From Paraspadella gotoi (taxonomy: Eukaryota; Animalia; Chaetognatha), in NCBI GenBank assembly GCA_051294375.1, contig CM119270.1, positions 13,381,861-13,445,860 on the forward strand: a stretch of DNA of 64,000 bases, written 5' to 3'. A model generated the notes under the pieces. That model had not been told where the DNA came from and made no database searches. It saw only the letters and a program-made list of their open reading frames with translations. Positions 48,076-62,254 of the stretch are shown piece by piece. Each line of letters opens with the position of its first letter. Within the stretch, counting starts at the first letter, position 1. Made by a program: the position numbers and the translations under genes.

Positions 48076-49551
48076 TCCTCGGCTTAAAAAAAAGAAAAAA
48101 GGAAAGAAATAAAAACAAGCATACCACCCAGAACTTGCCGAAAAAAAAAGGTCGGATACGTAGTCAGCTTGGCTGACTTTTTAGCTTGGTTTTTCTCTCG
48201 ATCCACTGGGGTTTTTTTTCGCGAATTTTGTTGTTTTCGTGATCAAATTGTACGAATCTTACTTGACGGTGATAGATTTAAAACATCCGAATAAGTAATA
48301 GTGAAGTTTGACTAAACACTCACGGCTAACTTTGAACTACTGTAATTTTGAACACCAGCTTCAGCAAATGCCTTAACAACTGCCAAGAAATACGTGGTAA
48401 TGTGATATAATGTGAAGATACTAACGATACTGATATAATCGTTTTAATAAAACAAGGAAATGCTTTTGTTTAATCAAATAATACTCGTAAAGCGAGACAA
48501 TCTGGCTCAGTCTCTCTATATTAATCGAATCACTGGTCGATCAAAATGATTTTTTTTTTCGCTGATTCGTCGTTAGTTGTGACTCGGGGAAAACCTATAG
48601 GTTTACTTTTTTAGCTTTAAACGTATCAATTATTTTATTTATTTTTCGTCTTCTAAACTCAATGCTTTCTCGTAGTTTTAAGATCGGTTGATGACTAAGT
48701 TTGGCGAAGTAAAGATGTGTGGTTGATGAGTAAGTCTAAGATTATTTGCAACCAATCTTCGAAACAAACAAATTTTTAAAAAAAAATTTTGACAACTTAA
48801 ATAATATTGTATTAATTCAAATTATAGCGATGTCACACCCCTTTTTTTCCATAGAATTACAGATATAACCAACAATAAAGCCAAATAAATATAACAGCTC
48901 CTTCAACGATAATCCAAACAACAACGACAACAACAATCAAATCTTCAAAATGATGATGCGAGTTTGAGGAGAGATGAGGAGAAAGACGAGGCTGACGGAA
49001 AGGAGGTAGTGGTGATTCCCTAAGAGTCACGCGTGGTGATTATTATTGAGGGGTGATCGGGTGATTCGTGATCCCGTTTTTGCGTCTCCGGCGCGAAACG
49101 TGAGCAAAGCGAAGGAAGAAGAAAAAGAGCAGGTGGAACGAGAAAACAAAACCGAAACAAAAAGAATCGAGGAAGAAACGACCAAATTATAAGAGGAAAA
49201 AAAACAACAACCAAAAACGTCGCTGCTTCCACTCTCAAAAAAACAACCGAAAACGTCGCTGCTTCCACTCTCAGAGAAACCATCGAACTCAACGATCGAT
49301 GAAACGGAAAAGACATCGCGAAGACGAGACCTCGTCGAGGAGTTGGGGAGACGGGGTTGAGGGCGACAGCCACGCCCGCTTGGTTCGAAGATCGAGAATC
49401 ACGCCCACTGATGTCATCTTTGATGTGATACCAATTGATTAACTGTCATCGTTTTTTTAAAAAATGAACCAAAAACTTTAAACTAACTTCCCTTTCTCTT
49501 GACAAAAAAAAAAAATTACGAAGGAAATTCCCCCCTCCCCCCAACCAAAAT

Positions 49552-50217
49552 ATGGCGACGCCAAAACGAAGACGCCGACTCAGAATCGAGCGCCGTCCGT
49601 CGCCGCTTCGACGCCGGAGAGGTCGGCGCGATCCGACGCCGACGGCGCCGCCGGTGGTGTCGCGAACGCCGCCGCCGAGGGAGCGGAAAACACTCCGTCC
49701 ACCACCGTCAGGTGAAGAAAGTTTGTTTATTTATTTATCTATATATTTATGTTTATATTTTTATTAATGTTTATCTATCTGTAATATATATTTATTTAAA
49801 ATCTAACACAATGGAAGGATAGGAAAGTGTGAAGGATTGAGTAGAAAAGACTGAGAAAAAAGAGTAACGATAAATACTAATAATACTGAAAAACAAAAGT
49901 ACATCTTTTTCCATTTGTTTAATAAAACTTTAAACGTCGGTGAAATGTTGAAATACAAATTTGAATCTCGGAACCGAATTTAGATTTTCTTCTCTTCGCA
50001 CGATCGACACATGGTGCTTCTTCCTCCTCTCCCCTCCCGCCCCTCCCCGCCCCTCCCGCCCCTCCGCCCCTCTGCCCTGCAGACTTCCAGCTGGTTTCCC
50101 CAATAGTAGGCGATATTACGACGAAAAAAAAATATTTGTTTTTTTTAAAACTCGTGATCGATTTGAAAGACTGAGACCTTATAACTTGTATCGATTTCAG
50201 ATTCCCTCTATCGGGCT

Positions 50218-50308
<91 letters not shown>

Positions 50309-52387
50309 CCTCTACTTCCCTCTCTCTTCCTCTCTCTCTCCTCTCCTCTCGTCTCTCTCTCCATCCTCTCTCTCCCTCTCTCCATCACTCTCTCTCATCT
50401 CTCTCTCTCTCCCTCCCTCTATCCCCTTCCAACTTATAAAATATTATATCAGAAATTTACATCCCCATCTTGCCTTACCAAATACCTATCTCTGTCCTCC
50501 AGCGAAATCCCAAGACGGATCTGAGCAAAAGTGACCTTACCAAGCTGTTGGCGTATTTGGAGGGTGAGTTGCAGGCGAGGGAAGTCGTCATCGCCATCCA
50601 ACGGAACGAGAAGACGAGATTCCTGCTGCAGTCGGCGAGATACTACGGCCAACCGCCCACCGCCGCAGCCGCCGCCGCCAACGTGAACGCAGCAGCCGCT
50701 GCTGGCGCCGCAGATTCGGGAGACGCGGGGGTGAGAATTTTCTCCTGCTGCTGTTGTTGTTCTTATTGTCATTTTTAATATCGATTGACATTTTTTATGC
50801 TTAGCGAAACTTATATTTCTTCTCCCCATGCTCCACTTCTTAGCACTCAAACCTCACCCAACCCTCTCAACCGCCCTACCCTCTTTCGGCCCCACCCGGC
50901 GATCCAATGGACGCTCTCCTGAGGGACGGAACGGTTCTACGATTTCCTTCGACGTCGTCGTCGTCGTCGTCCGCCAACGCCAACGCCGCCGCCGGCGCCG
51001 CCTCCGCGGAGGATGCCACTTCCCGCGCGGCGCAGGAGACTTGTCTCCGGAAGTTGGAACAGCTCGTCCTGGCGCAGAAGCGTCAGCAGTCGAGGATGCG
51101 GGACCTGGTCTTCGAGGCGGAGAATAAGAACGCTCAGGTATTTCTTTCTTTCTTTCTTCTTTTTCTTTTTTTCTTTTCGATCCCAGCTGTTTGTATCAAC
51201 GGAACATTAGATCAGGCGCACACTATAATGCAGAACCGATAATATAACAAGACAATAAAATAATACAAAATAAATCGATAGCCAGGAAAAAAAGAAAAAT
51301 GAACCAAGAAAAGAAATAAAAATTGACAAAGATAAAAAAAATAGAAACAAAAGAAAGAAAACGAAAAGAAAGAACAGAAGAAAAGAAAGAAAGAAAGAAA
51401 GTTCAGTAACAAAAAAAGAANNNNNNNNNNNNNNNNNNNNNNNNNGAAATAAAATAAAAATAAAAATCGATAGCACAGGAAAAAAAAAATGAAAAGAAAA
51501 GAAAAGAAAAAATTGAAAAGAAAAGAAAAGAAAGAAAGAAAAGAAAAGAAAAGAAAAGAAAAGAAAGAAAAGAAAGAAAAGAAAAGAAAAGAAAGAAAGA
51601 AAGTAAGTAAAAAAAAAGAAAAAAGAAAAAAGAAAAAGAAAAAAAAAAAGAAGAAGAAAGAAAGAAATACCTGAGCGTTTTATTCTCCGCTCGAAGACAC
51701 AGGTCCGCATCCTCGACTGCTTGACGCTTCTGCGCCCAGGACGAGCTGTTCCAACTTCCGGAGACAATCTTCCTGCGCCGCGGCGGGAAGTGGCATCCTC
51801 CGCGGAGGCGGCGCCGGCGGCGGCTTGGCGTGGCGGACGACGACGGACGACGACGTTCGAAGGAATCGTAAGAACCGTTCCGTCCCTCAGGAGAGCGTCC
51901 ATTGGATCGCCGGGTGGGGCCGAAAGAGGGTAGGGCGGTTGAGAGGGTTGGTGAGGTTTGAGTGCTAAGAATGAGCATGGGGAGAAGAAATATAAGTTTC
52001 GCTAAGCATAAAAAGTCAATCGATATTAAAAATGACAATAAGAACAACAACAGCAGCAGAGAAAATTCTCACCCCGCGTCTCTCCGAATCTGCGGCGCAC
52101 AGCGGCTGCTGCGTTCACGTTGCGCGGCGGCTGCGGCGGTGGGCGGTTGGCCGTAATATCTCGCCGACTGCAGCAGGAATCTCGTCTTCTCGTTCGTGGA
52201 TGGCGACGACGACTTCCTCGCCTGCAACTCACCCTCCAAATACGCCAACAGCTTGGTAAAGGTCACTTTTGCTCAGAATCCGATCTTGGGATTTCGCTGG
52301 AGAGGACAGAGATAGGTAATTGTGGTAAGGCAGATGGGGATGTAAATTTCTGATATATATTTTAAGTTGGAAGGGGATAGAGGGAGG

Positions 52388-52422
<35 letters not shown>

Positions 52423-55400
52423 CGGAGTAGAGGAGAGGAGAGAGAGAGAGAGAGGAGAGGAGAGAGAGAGAGAGGGGAGAGAGAGAGAGAGAGAGAGAAG
52501 ATGAGAGAGAGAAGAGAGAGAGAGAGAGATAGGAGAGAGAGAGAGAGAGAGAGAAAGAGAAAGAGAGAGAGAGCGACGCGATAGAGGGAATCCGTGAAAT
52601 CCGATACAAGTTATAAGAGGTTCAGTTTCAAGATCGAGTACGAGTTTTACAAAAAAACAGAATATCCTTATTTCGTTTCGTCCGTAGATAGTGCGTCCTA
52701 CTATTGGTGGCGAAACGCAGCTGAAGTATCTGCCAGGCAGAGGGCGTCGGAGATGGGCGGGAGGGTGCGGGAGAGAGGGCGGGAGGGGAGAGGAGGAAGA
52801 AGGCATCCATGTGTCGAATTCGTGCGAAGAGAAGAAAAATTAAATTTCGGTTCCGAGATCTCCATGAAGTATCTTGAGTAATTCACATTTCACCGACGCT
52901 TTAAGAGTTTTATCTCTAAAGCAAAGGCAAAAAAATGTACTGTTTAGTTTGCATTACAGTATATACTTCAGTATATGTAAATCAAGTATACTGTTTTTCT
53001 CAGTCTTTTCTACTCAATCCCTTCACACTCTCTCCGTATGCCGTGATACCATGTGTGTAGATAATTATTAAAACGATAAAACTATATATTACAGATAGAA
53101 TAAACATTAGTAAAAATATAAACATAAAATATATAGCTACCACCATAAAACAAAACTTCTACAACGTTGACGGTGGAACTGGGACGGAATGTTTTCCGCT
53201 TACCCATCGCGCGCGTTCGCGACCACGACTCTGGCCGGCGTGCCCCGTACGGCGTCGTGAGCCGACAGACCTCTCCAGGCGTCGAAGCGCGACGGACGGC
53301 GCTGATTCTGAAATCGGCGCTTCTTTGCGTCGAATTTTCTGGCGGGGGATCCCTTCTTCATTTTTTGCAAGGACAAAGAAGTAGCTTTACAATTTGTCAT
53401 TGTAACGATGACAGTTAATCAGTCAATACATCAGATGATCAGTGGGGTGGAATATCTCTCGATATTTCGAATTTTCGTGCGAGAGGAAGGAGGACGTCGC
53501 TAACCCGTCTCGTAAGCCATCTGTATGGTTCATTTTGGAAACACGTGCTGTGACGAGGGTGTAGGACTCAAAGTGCTCATGCGCCGGTCTCGATTGTATC
53601 GAGTGGCGTATTTGTTGCCCACTAGCACTCTCTATTCTACCCTAAGTTATCGCTTGGATTAAGCATTCGTAAAAAGAAAAAACTAAAAAAGGCCTTGCGA
53701 GTTTCTCTCTCCAATAGAGGAGTCGAGGTTCAAGCAGCAAGAGCGATTTTCGGTTGTTTTTTTCGAGAGTGGAAGCAGCGACGTTTTTGAGTTGTTGTGT
53801 TTTTTTTCCTCTATTAATTTGGCGTTTTCTTCCTCGGATTCTTTTTTGTTTCGGTTTTGTTTCTCGTTCGCACCTGCTCTTTTTCTTCTTCTTCCTTTGG
53901 CTCGCGTTTTTTCGCGCCGGAGACGCCAAAAACGGGATCACGAATCACCCGATAACCCCTCGATAATAATCACCACGCCGTGACTCTAAGGAATCACCAC
54001 TACCTTCCTTTCCGTCAGCCTCGTTTTCTCCTCATCTCTCTCAAACTCGCATCATCATTTTGAAGATTTGAATTGTTGTTGTCTTGTTGTTTGGATTATC
54101 GTTGAAGAGCTGTTATATTTAATTTGCTTTATTGTTGTTATATCTGTAATTCTATGGAAAAAAAGGGGTGTGACATCGCTATTAATTTGCAATTAATACA
54201 ATATGTATTTAAGTTGTCAAAATTTTTTTTAATAAAAATTTGTTGTTTCGAAGATTTGGTTGCAAATAATCTTAGACTTACCATTCAACCACCTCTTTAC
54301 TTCGCCAAACTTAGTCATTCCAACCGATCTTAAAACTACGGAAAGCATTGAGTTTTAGAAGACGAAAAATAAATAAAATAATTGATACGTTTAACAGCTA
54401 AAAAAGTAAAACTCTATAGGTTTTCCCCGAGTCAACACTAACGACGTCAGCGGAAAAAAAAAATCATTTTGATCGACAGTGATTCGATTAATATAGAGAG
54501 ACCTGAGCCAGTTGTTCGCTTTACGCGTATTATTTGATTAAACAAAAGCATTTCCTTGTTTTTATTAAAACGATTATATCAGTATCGTTAGTATCTCACA
54601 TTTATATCACATTACTGAAGACGCTGTCGGATCAGCGACACGTTACAAATATCTCGCCTCAACGTCATTGGCAGAGCCGCGCGAAACGACGAATCAGAGA
54701 AGCTTAACGAAAAAGCACAACTAAAAGATTTTCACAGCCTCTGAAGATTGAAACGTTTTTTAGTGTTTATTTGTAGAATATTCAATGTACAATGACGATC
54801 ATTTACAGTTTTTGAAACTACTCGATTGTACCTTTCGTTCGACATGTATTTTAACATTGTTTATTGTATCGAACTAATTGTAAAACGTTATTTTTGTTAT
54901 CCATTAACAAACAACGGATCAAAGTGCACTGGTAAAATTTACGCGGTGCTTTCGACTCATGATCCGATTCGCAAAAATATTTAAGCGTATGTAATTGTTT
55001 TATCGTCGCTCGTAATTATCAAATATAATAAACTTTTACTTTTATGCCAAAAGTGCCCCTTTAATGGTGAGCCGACGAAGAAGAATTTATTTTTTTCTGC
55101 CTTCTGATTCAGCGTCTTTTTTAAGACCGTGAACGGGATCTATCTAAAAAGATTTTTCTGAAGGTAACTCCTTTCTTTCTTCCGCCAACCGCCCTCTGTT
55201 TTCCAGACGGGTCATGGCCGCTGCTTCAACGCCTTCGACATCGGCCGTCTCAGTCAAACCCCGGGAGTTCTGGACCACGACGCCGATCTCTGGTTTGTCC
55301 GAGCGGAGTCCCAACTCCGTCAAGAACATCTCGGTTTCTTTAACGAAGTATCACCACGTCGTAACGGCTTTGAACGAGGAGGTTGGCACGAAAATACCGA

Positions 55401-58400
55401 AGATTTTTTCCTCGACGCCCCAGAATTCAAAACCGAATCCGTACGAGGCCCTCAAAACGCGCTACTGTAGGCGTAACAAAAACCGCGAAGCGGAACGGGC
55501 GGAAGAAACTAATTTGCCTCTTACGAATCTGGGAAACACCTGGGGATTTTCTCACCGGCATCTCGGCCCTCGCAGAGGGTTTGGACGCTCGACGACCTGC
55601 TTGCGGGCCCTCACGCTGAAGGCCCTCCCTCCGAAGGTTCGCCGTCGTGGTCACTCAGACCGCCCGGCGGACTGAGGATCTCGCCAAGGGCGGCGGCGAA
55701 GTATTTCGACGCCGATGGCCACCCACATGGGTGATGGAACGAGTAGCGGACTCCCGACATTGGCGCTGGCTTCACCCGCCGATGCCCGCGTCAAGGGAAA
55801 CCCCGATGGTCTGACGGCGGAAGAAATGCCCAGACTGTTTCGCAGCCTCTGCAGCCGGCCATGACATTGTGCTGGTATCATCGAAGTTCGGCGAAGAGCT
55901 CGGCGCTGCAAACCGCCATGCACCCACAAGGCCGGCGACAAGAAGAGAGAATTCAGGCGGGAACGGCCCGAGCCGGCCGGCAATTAAGCATGTCCGGTCG
56001 CGATTCATCTCTGCTCCTGGTCCGATTATACTTCCTGGCCTCGAGTTCCTCGTCGAACACGGGGTGCGAGTCAGTCTTTTGCCGGCCTCGGCCTGGATAA
56101 GGCCAACCGGGCGGCCTCGACGCCGCTACGAGCGGCGAATGTTCCTCCATTCCCGCCTACGGATCAAGGACCATGACTCTCCGTCTCTCGACGTCAGGAC
56201 TTAGTTTGGCCTTTTTGTCGTAGCCGACGTTGACGCGGCCAATTTTGAGGCGGCCGATTTCCTCGACGCCATGGTCTCCTAGTCGACGTGGGCCACAAGA
56301 GGCTCGTCGGACCGCCCGACGTTTCGAAACGATCCGCTGCAGCGCCAACGCGTCGGCCTACGAGCGGGTTCACCGCCCGGAGGTGAACAATGTCTTCATC
56401 AAACTGCTCGACGATTGCCCTTTGAACTGAACGACGCCCACTTTCTCGGTCGGCGGCGCCGGGTCATGGCGTGGTCCATCATATTCCGACCCCAGGTCAT
56501 CGGTTTTTCGCGAGAGGCAAGGCGTCTGTCTCCGAGAAGCTGGCGGCCGGCGAAGCTGAGTCGCCGAATTGGAGTCGCTCGCATCGTCCGCCATCGTCAA
56601 GCCCATGGCTTCGCCCCTTCAGTCGTGTCTAAAGCCGACGGCGGTTCCGCGCATGGGCGATTACCGCCGTCTGACGCCGTGACGTTCAACGACCGTTACC
56701 CGTTGAACATCTCATGTTTCTTCGCCGACTTGGCGGATGACCGTTTTCAGCAAGATCGACCTTCTCAAAGGTTATCTCAATACGTTGCGCCTGAAGACGT
56801 TCCAAAGACCGCGATCATCACTCCTTTTTGGTCTTATAATCCTGCGGATGCCTTTTGGACTAAAGAAGGGGCTCCAGCTTTCCAGCGTCTAATGGACTCG
56901 GTCTGCCGGGGACTCCCGGCGTGTTTGTCTACTGGATGACATCCTCGTCCGTCGAAGGACGCCAACAACACGAAGGTGCATCTGCGCGGCCTTTTTCGAG
57001 CGTCTGGTACAAACATGGTCTCGTCGTCAAGAAGGAGAAATGCCTTTTCGGCTGCCCATTCCTGGACTTCCTCGCCATAGATTGACGCAGAAGTGTGGAA
57101 GCCGTGCTTTCGAAGGTGGCGGCTATCCGCGCTTTTCGCGCCCCGCGTCAATCAAAGGCTCCAAAGGTTCCTCGGAATGCTCATTTTTTTCATCGTTTTA
57201 TCTTCTGCGAGCCGACAAAGATGGCGCCTCTTTTACGCGGCGCTTCCGGGCCGCCCCCAACCGAAGACTGTGAATTGGACACCAGAGAGATCGGCGCTTT
57301 TGACGCCGCAAGGAAAGCCTCGCCGCAGCCACAATGCTCATACCCCGGTGACGGGCGCGCCGACGCATCTCACAGTCATGCTTCTGACATCGCCATCGGC
57401 GGCGTTCTGACAAAGCGTCGGCTGTCATTGGCTCCTCCGCCTTTTTCTCCAAACCGTTGCCATGAACCGGCAACAACGCTATCCTCCTTACGACCGGAGC
57501 TTTCTTGGCCGGCGCACTTGGCCGTCCGCCATTTCCGGTATTATTCTCAAGGTCGCCCGTTCACGCTATTCACGGATACGTGGAGTTTGGTTTCCATCCA
57601 GTCGCGAAGAAAACGACAGGCAGTCTGCCCGACAGGCGAATCAACTCGCCGCCTTTCTCTTTAATATACGACGACTTTTCCGCCACATCTCGGGCAAGTC
57701 AAACGTCGTCGCCGACGCGCTTTCCCGCGTAGTCATTCCAGAGGATTTCCGCGGTGGTGTTCGGCTCTGGCCGACTCGATTTCGCCGGCCATCGCCCAAC
57801 GACCAGGAGACAGATCCGGATTGTACAGCGCCTCCTTCGCGCTGAGAGCGACAGCGTTAGTCCTGAAAAGAAGCTTCTCTCGACGGCATCGCAGTCATCT
57901 GCGATGTCCGACGCGTCGCCCGTCCGGTGGTACCTCGCCAATTGGCGCCGGGACGTTTTTGACCCATCCACAACTTATTTCATTCCGGAATCAGACGTCG
58001 AAAATCACTCGTCCTAAAAGATTTTGTCGGCCCGGCGTCACAAAAGACGTCCACCGGTTGGGCACGTGCCTGCGCCCAATGTCAAAGTTCAAGAGTCCGC
58101 GTCCACGCCTCGGCGCCGCTCGGAAGTTTCGCCCCGCCGCAGAAGATTCCAACATGTTCACGTGGATCTTTCGGCCGCTGCCCGTATCTCGCGGCGCCTC
58201 TTATTCCTCACCGTGGTGGACCGTTTCACCCGCTGGCCAGAGGCGTTGCCCTTGTCTGATATCAGGGCGACACGGTAGTGCCAAGCCTTCTCCATCGGTG
58301 GGTCGCGCGTCGGCGTCCCACTTCACATAACGTCGGATCCGGAGCTCAGTTCTTTCTGAGCTGTGGCGCCAAACTGGCAGGTCTCTCCCGCCAACGTGAT

Positions 58401-61400
58401 CATACGACAATCTTTATCACCCTCAGGCCAACGGAATGGTGGAGAGGTTCCACCGGGACCTCAAAGCGTCGCTGCGCGCCAAAGCTGTCTGGCGCCGATT
58501 GGGTTGAACAGCTTCCCTTGGGTCCTTCTGGGCCTCCCTACGTCCCACAAGGCCGACCTTAAAGCATCCTCGGCAGAGTTGTGTCCAAACGGCGGCCTCC
58601 CAATCACCCGGACGGCACACCTTGCCGCCCGATCCTGATGCGCTGCTGCAAGCCCTGCGGCGCGAAATGGACGCCCTCGACGGTCGACGGCACACGCCAC
58701 GCAGATCATCCCCAAGCCCCTCAAAGTTGCCGTTGTGTTGGTCCGCCGCGACGCTCACCGGGCCCTCTAGCCCAGGTCTACGACGTGCCCTGAGTCGTCT
58801 CCCCTCTGGTGCCAAATTCCCGCCTCGACTTTTGCCGGACGCCTCGATGAAGTCTTCGGTCGACCGCTAAGCCGTTTGTGAAGACGGCGAGCCGAGCGCT
58901 CCGCCACCCCGCGGCGCCTCCCAGGCTGGCCGGCCACCCACTCGCTCTCTCCCCAGCCGCAGACGGCGTCGCCACTTCAGCCCGCAGTTGACGAAGAAGC
59001 CAGCGCAGCCCGCTGTCGCCGAGCCGGAGATTCCGACGTCGTCTAACAAGACGAGGCCGAGGCCCCCCCCATCCACATCAATCCTCCCATCTCCTACCGA
59101 GACGTCGTCTTGGGAGGGAGTGAAGACGCTGTCGGATCAGCGACACGGGACAAAATATCTCGCCTCAACGCGCATTGGCAGAGCCGGCGAAAACCGACGA
59201 ATCAGAGAGCTTTAACAAAAGCACAAAACTAAAAGATTTTCACAGCCTCTGAAGATTGGAAATTTTTTTAGTTGTTTATTTGTTATAGAATATTCAATGT
59301 ACAATGGACGTCATTACAGTTTTTTGTAAAAACTACTCGATTCGACATGTATTTTAACATTGTTTATTGTATCGAACTAATTAGTAAACGTATTTTATGT
59401 ATCCATTAAACAAACAAACGGTCGGGAAAACCAACGGTGCACTGGTAAACATTTAAACGGGCGTGCTTTCGATCAGTCCGATTCCGAAAAAATATTTAAG
59501 CTATCTGTAATTGTTATGTATCCGTCGCTCTTCGTATTATTCATTGATAATAAACTTTACTTATGCAAAAAGTGCCCTCTTTATTACCACGTATTTCCCT
59601 TGGCAGTTGTTAAAGCATTTGCTGAAGCTTTTGGTGTTCAAAATTACAGTAGTTTTCAAAGTTAGCCGTGAGTGTTTAGTCAAACTTCACTATTACTTAC
59701 CTCGGATGTTTTTAATCTATCACCGTCAAGTAAGATTTCGTACAATTTTGATCACGAAACAACAAAATTCGCGAAAAAAAACCCCAGTGATCCGAGGAGA
59801 AAACACCAAGCCTAAAAAGTCAGCAAGCCTGACTACCGTATCCACCTTTTTTTTTCGGCAAGTTCTGTACCGGTGTATGCTTGTTTTATTTCTTTTCCTT
59901 TTTTTCTTTTTTTTAACCGCAGGATTAGCACGCATTCTCCACTATTCTTCTCTTCGTTTGTATATAATGGAGTTCCCGGATGTCGCATTGAAGGCGCCAT
60001 GCCCTGGGAAAAGGAAGAAGAGGAAGAAAAGAAGAAGGAATCGTAGTGGGAGAAGAGAAGGTAAGAATATATGAATGAAGTAGGCCGAGTTAGAAGAGGA
60101 AGAAGCAAGTAAATTTGGTTGGAGAAGGAAGAGGAGGAAGAAGAAGATGACAAAACGTTACTGCTCTTTGCTGTCGGTGGATGCGGAAGAAGAGAGGACA
60201 TCTGGCGGGAAAAAACTGGTCAAAAACAAAATATTTTTTTGAAATTTAGTATCATTATTATCATAAAGAAAATTCCTTTAGGTTGATTGATTTATCAGGA
60301 TTTGTTGTATTTTAGATGCAAAATGTAGTTCATGAAATTTTACTAGAATATGACGTCATAGTCGCTAAACTGCCTAGAAAAAATTGATAACACACATTTG
60401 TTCTATATAACGTTTTCGTTTAACCGGTCATATTTACAACATACCTATAGGCGAAGCCAGTGGACTCTGGGAAGTGAATAACGAGACTCTGAGAGATTCT
60501 TGAGCTTAGCAGGGACCGCTATGTCATTATCTTGTAAGAGTGATGAGGCCTTAACCACCAGAGCCTGTCCAAAGTCAGGGGCAAGATAGCTATTTTATTA
60601 ATGAATTTTGGTTAATTTTTATATTGTTGTACCAACATTTCATATGGAACACAGAGAAAAATAGTATGGATGAGCCGATTTTTTCAAATTTTATTTCAGA
60701 GAGAGAAATCGCAATGTATTATTTCGCCCCGAATACCACGAAAAAAAAATATTTGCAACACATTGACATCTAAATTAAATTACATAAAAGCTGTTTAAAT
60801 AATTGTTCGAATTATATGCATAAGGCGTAGAAAATTTCTAAAATTAATAACTTTAATTAAATTCTAAAAGTGAGGAACGAAACAACATTATACTAATAAA
60901 CATTTATGTAATAAAAAAATTATTTATAAATTTTACAATTTACCGCAGTAGGCCATATTTAACATATACTAATTCAATAAATGTTTTTTAAAATTCAAAA
61001 CAGTTTTTTAAAGATACTTCTTGGCAGATTGGATTCAGTTCATAAAAAGTAGATAAAAAGAAATATTAAATCTTTTTAAAAAATTCCTTCATTAAGTAAG
61101 TCAAAATCAAGAAAAAGCATATTTTAAGCTTGAAAATATTTTATATATTAAATATTAGTTTTTTTTAATTTTTAACCGAACTTAATGAAAGATTTTTTAC
61201 AATGAGTCATAAATTTTTTCTTTTTTCAACTTTGACAAAAAATTCAAATCTGCAATAAAAAGTAGGAAAAGCCTATTTTGAAATTAAAAAAAAAACATAA
61301 AATGAATTAAAAAAACATTAAAATTAATTTTTTTTACAAATTAATGTTCACTTGATGGTATGTTGTTCATTAATAACATTTAGAATTTTCTTACGTAACT

Positions 61401-62217
61401 TTCACTACGCTTCTAATATGCACACATTATGCAGTAAGGCGGCGCCAAAATTGAACACTTATTTATAACTTCTCAATTTCTCTTCAAAAAAATTTCTTTT
61501 TTCCTTCCATACTAAATCGATTTTCAATGCAACTTTGGCTTTGCAATTAGTTTCATGGGTTGTATGCACTGGAAGCTTTAAAATATTATTAATATATAAC
61601 AAATGACAAAAAAATTTTAAAAAAAAATTTATTTTTTAAGAACGGAATTCTTATAAAGCTTGAAAAGTTAAATGAAAGTTAGTACTACATTTTTTAAATT
61701 TTTGACAAGAATTGGTTAAAAACAGAAAAAACGTAAAAATTATCATCATATCATCATTGGCTGAATTTTTATAGTTTTTTTAAAGATTTTGATTCAATAA
61801 AAACAAAAAAAATTTAAAAATTTTATTAAAACCTTTATCTAACTTTTAAAAGCCTCTACAGAAATCTACTCAAAAAAATTAAAAAATTACAAAAAAAATT
61901 TTTAACATTCTATTATAGTAATACAAATAATTCTTTAAAGGGCTATCTGTGCGTTATTAATGAAATAATTTATTATAAAATAATTTTTATTTTCATATTC
62001 TAACAGGTCACTTTACCATTTATTTATTTGACGAGAATTCTGTTTTCAACCTGTTACCGGCCTATTTATGCAGCCTTAGAAAACATACTTTTAATGACTA
62101 TACATGTATTTTATGCTTCCTTTGAATCAAAAAAATGAAACATCGTCTTTTTCTGAGATTACTCAAAATATGATCCAACCGCGCCTACCCTTACTTACCC
62201 ACTCAACCCTCCACCCA

Positions 62218-62254
<37 letters not shown>

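Larger units (their letters stand above)
54616..59582 (+). mobile_element. Full-length Ty3/Gypsy LTR retrotransposon, CsRn1-like lineage (~5.0 kb, frameshifted in this sequence)
   Basis: LTRs 54616-~55063 and 59121-59582; 5-bp TSD ATTAC (54611-54615, 59583-59587); PBS TGGTGAGCCGACG resembling the tRNA-Trp complement; PPT GGGAGGGAG. Gag AVSVKPREFW..TKYHHVV and a CHCC knuckle CWYH..C..PC at ~55870. RT (PEDVPKTAIITPF, FQRLMDSV, Y-DDILV at ~56930), RNase H (ASDIAIGGVL, HISGKSNVVADALSR), integrase (HVHVDL, LTVVDRFTRWPEA, NGMVERFH). Confidence 0.95.

Noticed and set aside
47760-48080. Minus-strand Glu-rich ORF and a neuropeptide-like reading (GVPGCRILSACPGKR)
   Set aside because: The Glu run is the complement of a (CTT)n polypyrimidine tract ending in a strong + strand acceptor at 48000. 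No coherent minus-strand gene with a signal peptide could be spliced.
53470-53745. Unique sequence in the inverted copy not matching 49270-49400
   Set aside because: No TSD, termini or ORF. It sits in the noisiest part of the copy and most resembles a low-quality read segment.
54612-54650. Hammerhead-like CTGAAGA-c-GCTG..CAGC-GACAC at the Gypsy LTR start
   Set aside because: The essential GAAA is GACA in both LTRs, and the first C comes from the TSD and is absent at the 3' LTR.
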